This document shows, piece after piece, positions 61,012-64,000 of a DNA stretch of 64,000 bases. Under the pieces are notes generated by a model that worked only from the letters and a program-made list of their open reading frames with translations, did not search any database and was not told the origin of the DNA. Position numbers and translations under genes: made by a program. Source of the DNA: the human T2T-CHM13v2.0 reference genome, Homo sapiens. The stretch is taken from assembly GCF_009914755.1 (NCBI RefSeq), contig NC_060947.1; one strand, given 5' to 3'. Numbering within the stretch: position 1 is the first letter of the stretch; each line of letters starts with the position of its first letter.

Positions 61012-64000
61012 ACTCTGCGGCTCGAACACAAACATCACAAAGCGGTTTCTGAGAATGCTTCAGTTTAGTTTTTCTGTGGAAATATTCCCGTTTCCAAAGA
61101 AATCTTCAAAGAGGTCCACGTATCCACTTACAGATTCTACAAAAAGACAGTTTCAAAACTGCTCCATCAAAAGGAGGGTTCAACCGTGTGACTTGAATGC
61201 AATCATCACTCAGAAGTTTCTGAGAATGCTTCTCTTTAGTTTTTACGTGAACATATACCCGTTTCGAACGAAGGCCACCCAGTGGTCCAAATATCCACTT
61301 GCAGATTATACAGAAAGAGTGTTTCGAACCTGAACTCTCAAAGGCAGGTTCATCTCTGCGAGTTAAATGCATTCATCATGAAGAACTTTCTCAGAGTGTT
61401 TGTGTTTAGTTATGGGAAATTATTCCCGTTTCCAACGAAATCCTCAGAGAGCTCCAAATATCCACCTGCAGATTCTACCAAAAGTGTATTTGGAAACTGC
61501 TCCATCAAAAGGCATGTTCAGCTCTGTGAGTGAAACTCCATCATCACAAAGAATATTCTGAGAATGCTTCCGTTTGCCTTTTATATGAAGTTCCTTCCTG
61601 TACTACCTAGGCCTCAAAGCAGTCCAAATCTCCATTTGCAGATTCTATAAAAAGAGTGATTCCAATCTGCTCTATCAATAGGATTGTTCAACTCCATGAG
61701 TTGAATGCCATCCTCACAAAGTAGTTTCTGAGAATGCTTCTATCTGGTTTTTGTGTGAAGATATTTCCTTTTCCACCACAGGCCTCAAAGCCCTCCAAAC
61801 GTCCACTTGCAGATTCTCGAAAAAGAGTGTTTCATAGCTGCTCTTTCCAAAGGAAAGTTCAACTCTGGGAGTTGAATACAAACATCACAAAGTAGTTTCC
61901 GAGAATGCTTCTGTTTAGTTTTTATGTGAAGATGATCCCGTTTCCAGTGAAATCTTCAAAGAGGTCCACATATCCCCTTGCAGATTCCAAAGAAAGAGGG
62001 TTTCAAAACTGCTCCATCAGAAGGATTGTTCAACTCTGTGAGTTGAATGCAGTCATCGCAGAAAACTTTCTGAGAAAGCTTCTGTCTAGGTTTGATGTGA
62101 AGATATAGACGTTTCAAACGAAGGCTACAAAGTGGTCAAAATATACACTTGCAGATTCTACTACAAGGGTGTTGCAAACCTGAACTATCAAAGGAAGGTT
62201 CAACTCTGTGAGTTGAATACAAACATCACAAAGAATGTTCTGAGTTTGCTTCCGTTCAGTTATGGGAAGTTGATCCCGTTTCCAAAGAAATCCTCAGAGA
62301 GGTCCAAATATCCCCTCGCAGATTCTACAAAACGTGTGTTTGGAAACTGCTCCATCATAACGAATGTTCAGCTCCCTGAGTTAAACTCCATCGTCACAAA
62401 GAATTTTCTGAGAGTGCTACCGTCTGGTTTTTATATGAAGTTCTTTCCTTCACTACCACAGGCCTCAAAGCGGTCCAAATCTCCACTTGCAGATTCTACA
62501 AAAAGAGTGTTTGCAAACTGCTCTATCAAAAGGAATGTTCAACTCTGGGAGTTGAATGCAATCATCACAGAGCAGTTTCTGAGAATGCTTCTATGTCGTT
62601 TTTAGGAGAAGATATTTCCTTTTCCAACACAGTCCTCCAAGCCCGCTAAATAGCCACTTGCACATTGTAGAAAAAGTGTGTCAAAGCTGCGCTATCAAAG
62701 GGAAAGTTCAACTCTGTGAGGTGAATGCAAACATCCCAAAGAAGTTTCTGAGAATGCTTCCGTTTAGCTTTTAGGTGAAGATTATCCCGTTTCCAACGAA
62801 ACCTTCAAAGAGGTCCAAATATCCCCTTGCGGATCCCACAGAAAGAGTGTTTCGAAACTGCTGTTTCAAAAGGAATCTTCAACTCTGTGAGTTGAATGCA
62901 ATCATCACAAAGAAGTTTCTGACAATGCTTCTCTCTCGTCTTTCTGTGAAGATAAAGGAAAAGGCTTTCAGGCCTTTTCCACCACAGGCCTGAAAGCGCT
63001 CCAAATGTCCACTTGCAGATTCTGCCAAAAGAATATTTCAAAACTGCTCTATGAAAAGCAATGTTAAACTCTGCGGCTCGAACACAAACATCACAAAGCG
63101 GTTTCTGAGAATGCTTCAGTTTAGTTTTTCTGTGGAAATATTCCCGTTTCCAAAGAAATCTTCAAAGAGGTCCACGTATCCACTTACAGATTCTACAAAA
63201 AGACAGTTTCAAAACTGCTCCATCAAAAGGAGGGTTCAACCGTGTGACTTGAATGCAATCATCACTCAGAAGTTTCTGAGAATGCTTCTCTTTAGTTTTT
63301 ACGTGAACATATACCCGTTTCGAACGAAGGCCACCCAGTGGTCCAAATATCCACTTGCAGATTATACAGAAAGAGTGTTTCGAACCTGAACTCTCAAAGG
63401 CAGGTTCATCTCTGCGAGTTAAATGCATTCATCATGAAGAACTTTCTCAGAGTGTTTGTGTTTAGTTATGGGAAATTATTCCCGTTTCCAACGAAATCCT
63501 CAGAGAGCTCCAAATATCCACCTGCAGATTCTACCAAAAGTGTATTTGGAAACTGCTCCATCAAAAGGCATGTTCAGCTCTGTGAGTGAAACTCCATCAT
63601 CACAAAGAATATTCTGAGAATGCTTCCGTTTGCCTTTTATATGAAGTTCCTTCCTGTACTACCGTAGGCCTCAAAGCAGTCCAAATCTCCATTTGCAGAT
63701 TCTATAAAAAGAGTGATTCCAATCTGCTCTATCAATAGGATTGTTCAACTCCATGAGTTGAATGCCATCCTCACAAAGTAGTTTCTGAGAATGCTTCTAT
63801 CTGGTTTTTGTGTGAAGATATTTCCTTTTCCACCACAGGCCTCAAAGCCCTCCAAACGTCCACTTGCAGATTCTCGAAAAAGAGTGTTTCATAGCTGCTC
63901 TTTCAAAAGGAAAGTTCAACTCTGGGAGTTGAATACAAACATCACAAAATAGTTTCCGAGAATGCTTCTGTTTAGTTTTTATGTGAAGATGATCCCGTTT
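59306..64000. repeat. Copy of window positions 1-4695 (offset 59,305)
   Basis: The same 1-bp deletion occurs at 2302/2303 and 61607/61608. Also shared are tttccaaagg, gagaaagctt (2771 and 62076) and the killed box (2981 and 62286). I noticed no difference. Confidence 0.88.

Larger units (their letters stand above)
1..64000 (-). repeat. DXZ1: Centromeric alpha-satellite HOR array, DXZ1-type (human chrX, SF3 12-mer, 2,057-bp unit), about 31 tandem copies
   Basis: Typical alphoid monomer motifs throughout (tttctgagaatgcttc, cacttgcagattctac, ttcaactctgtgagttgaatgca). The ORF track recurs every 2,057 bp (2600, 4657, 6714; 16827, 18884, 20941...). There is one GGATCC per unit (1470, 3526, 5583...). 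A 2.0-kb BamHI 12-mer with pentameric SF3 substructure is the established signature of DXZ1. Strand is assigned from CENP-B box orientation. Confidence 0.96.

Noticed and set aside
544-63589. About 220 ORFs of 63-157 aa on both strands
   Set aside because: They recur with the 2,057-bp period and their peptides are translations of the 171-bp monomer (171 is divisible by 3, so frames persist). They overlap on both strands, resemble no protein family I recognise, and are opened or frameshifted freely by SNVs and indels (137-aa forms at 7860 and 50882; 79-aa forms at 22749, 33034 and 35091).
1-64000. CRISPR-like repeat/spacer array or a prokaryotic system
   Set aside because: There are no unique spacers and no cas or other genes. 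The conserved motifs are parts of diverged alphoid monomers, and the whole unit repeats.
1-64000. L1/Alu insertion, inversion or array edge
   Set aside because: Every HOR-to-HOR distance is 2,057, 2,056, 2,054 or 1,886 bp, leaving no room for an insertion. There is no poly(A) tail or target-site duplication, and box orientation is constant.
1-64000. Possibility that this is a GRCh38-style Markov-modelled centromere sequence
   Set aside because: Rare variants stay in phase across multi-kb blocks repeated tens of kb apart, which a short-range monomer-adjacency model would be unlikely to generate. A long-read assembly is more plausible, though local misassembly cannot be excluded.

Overview
The whole window is one uninterrupted, single-orientation array of primate centromeric alpha satellite. 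It matches the human X-centromere array DXZ1 (suprachromosomal family 3): ~171-bp monomers form a 12-monomer, 2,057-bp higher-order repeat (HOR) with one BamHI site per unit. There are about 31 HOR copies, differing by a handful of SNVs, and CENP-B boxes read on the minus strand. I see no genes, transposon insertions or inversions, and every ORF in the track is a repeat artefact. The features worth noting are structural: (i) two identical 11-mer HORs (171-bp deletion); (ii) a nested multi-HOR duplication architecture traced by shared SNVs and indels (offsets 18,340, ~36,854, 40,965 and 59,305 bp); (iii) a fixed +15-bp insertion made of inverted copies of adjacent sequence, giving two mutually exclusive hairpins once per HOR; (iv) the same CENP-B-box-killing change in two paralogous monomers; (v) a clustered six-SNV tract repeated 5 HORs apart. 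I found no evidence for a new protein-coding or RNA system. All sequence comparisons were made by eye and need confirming by alignment.
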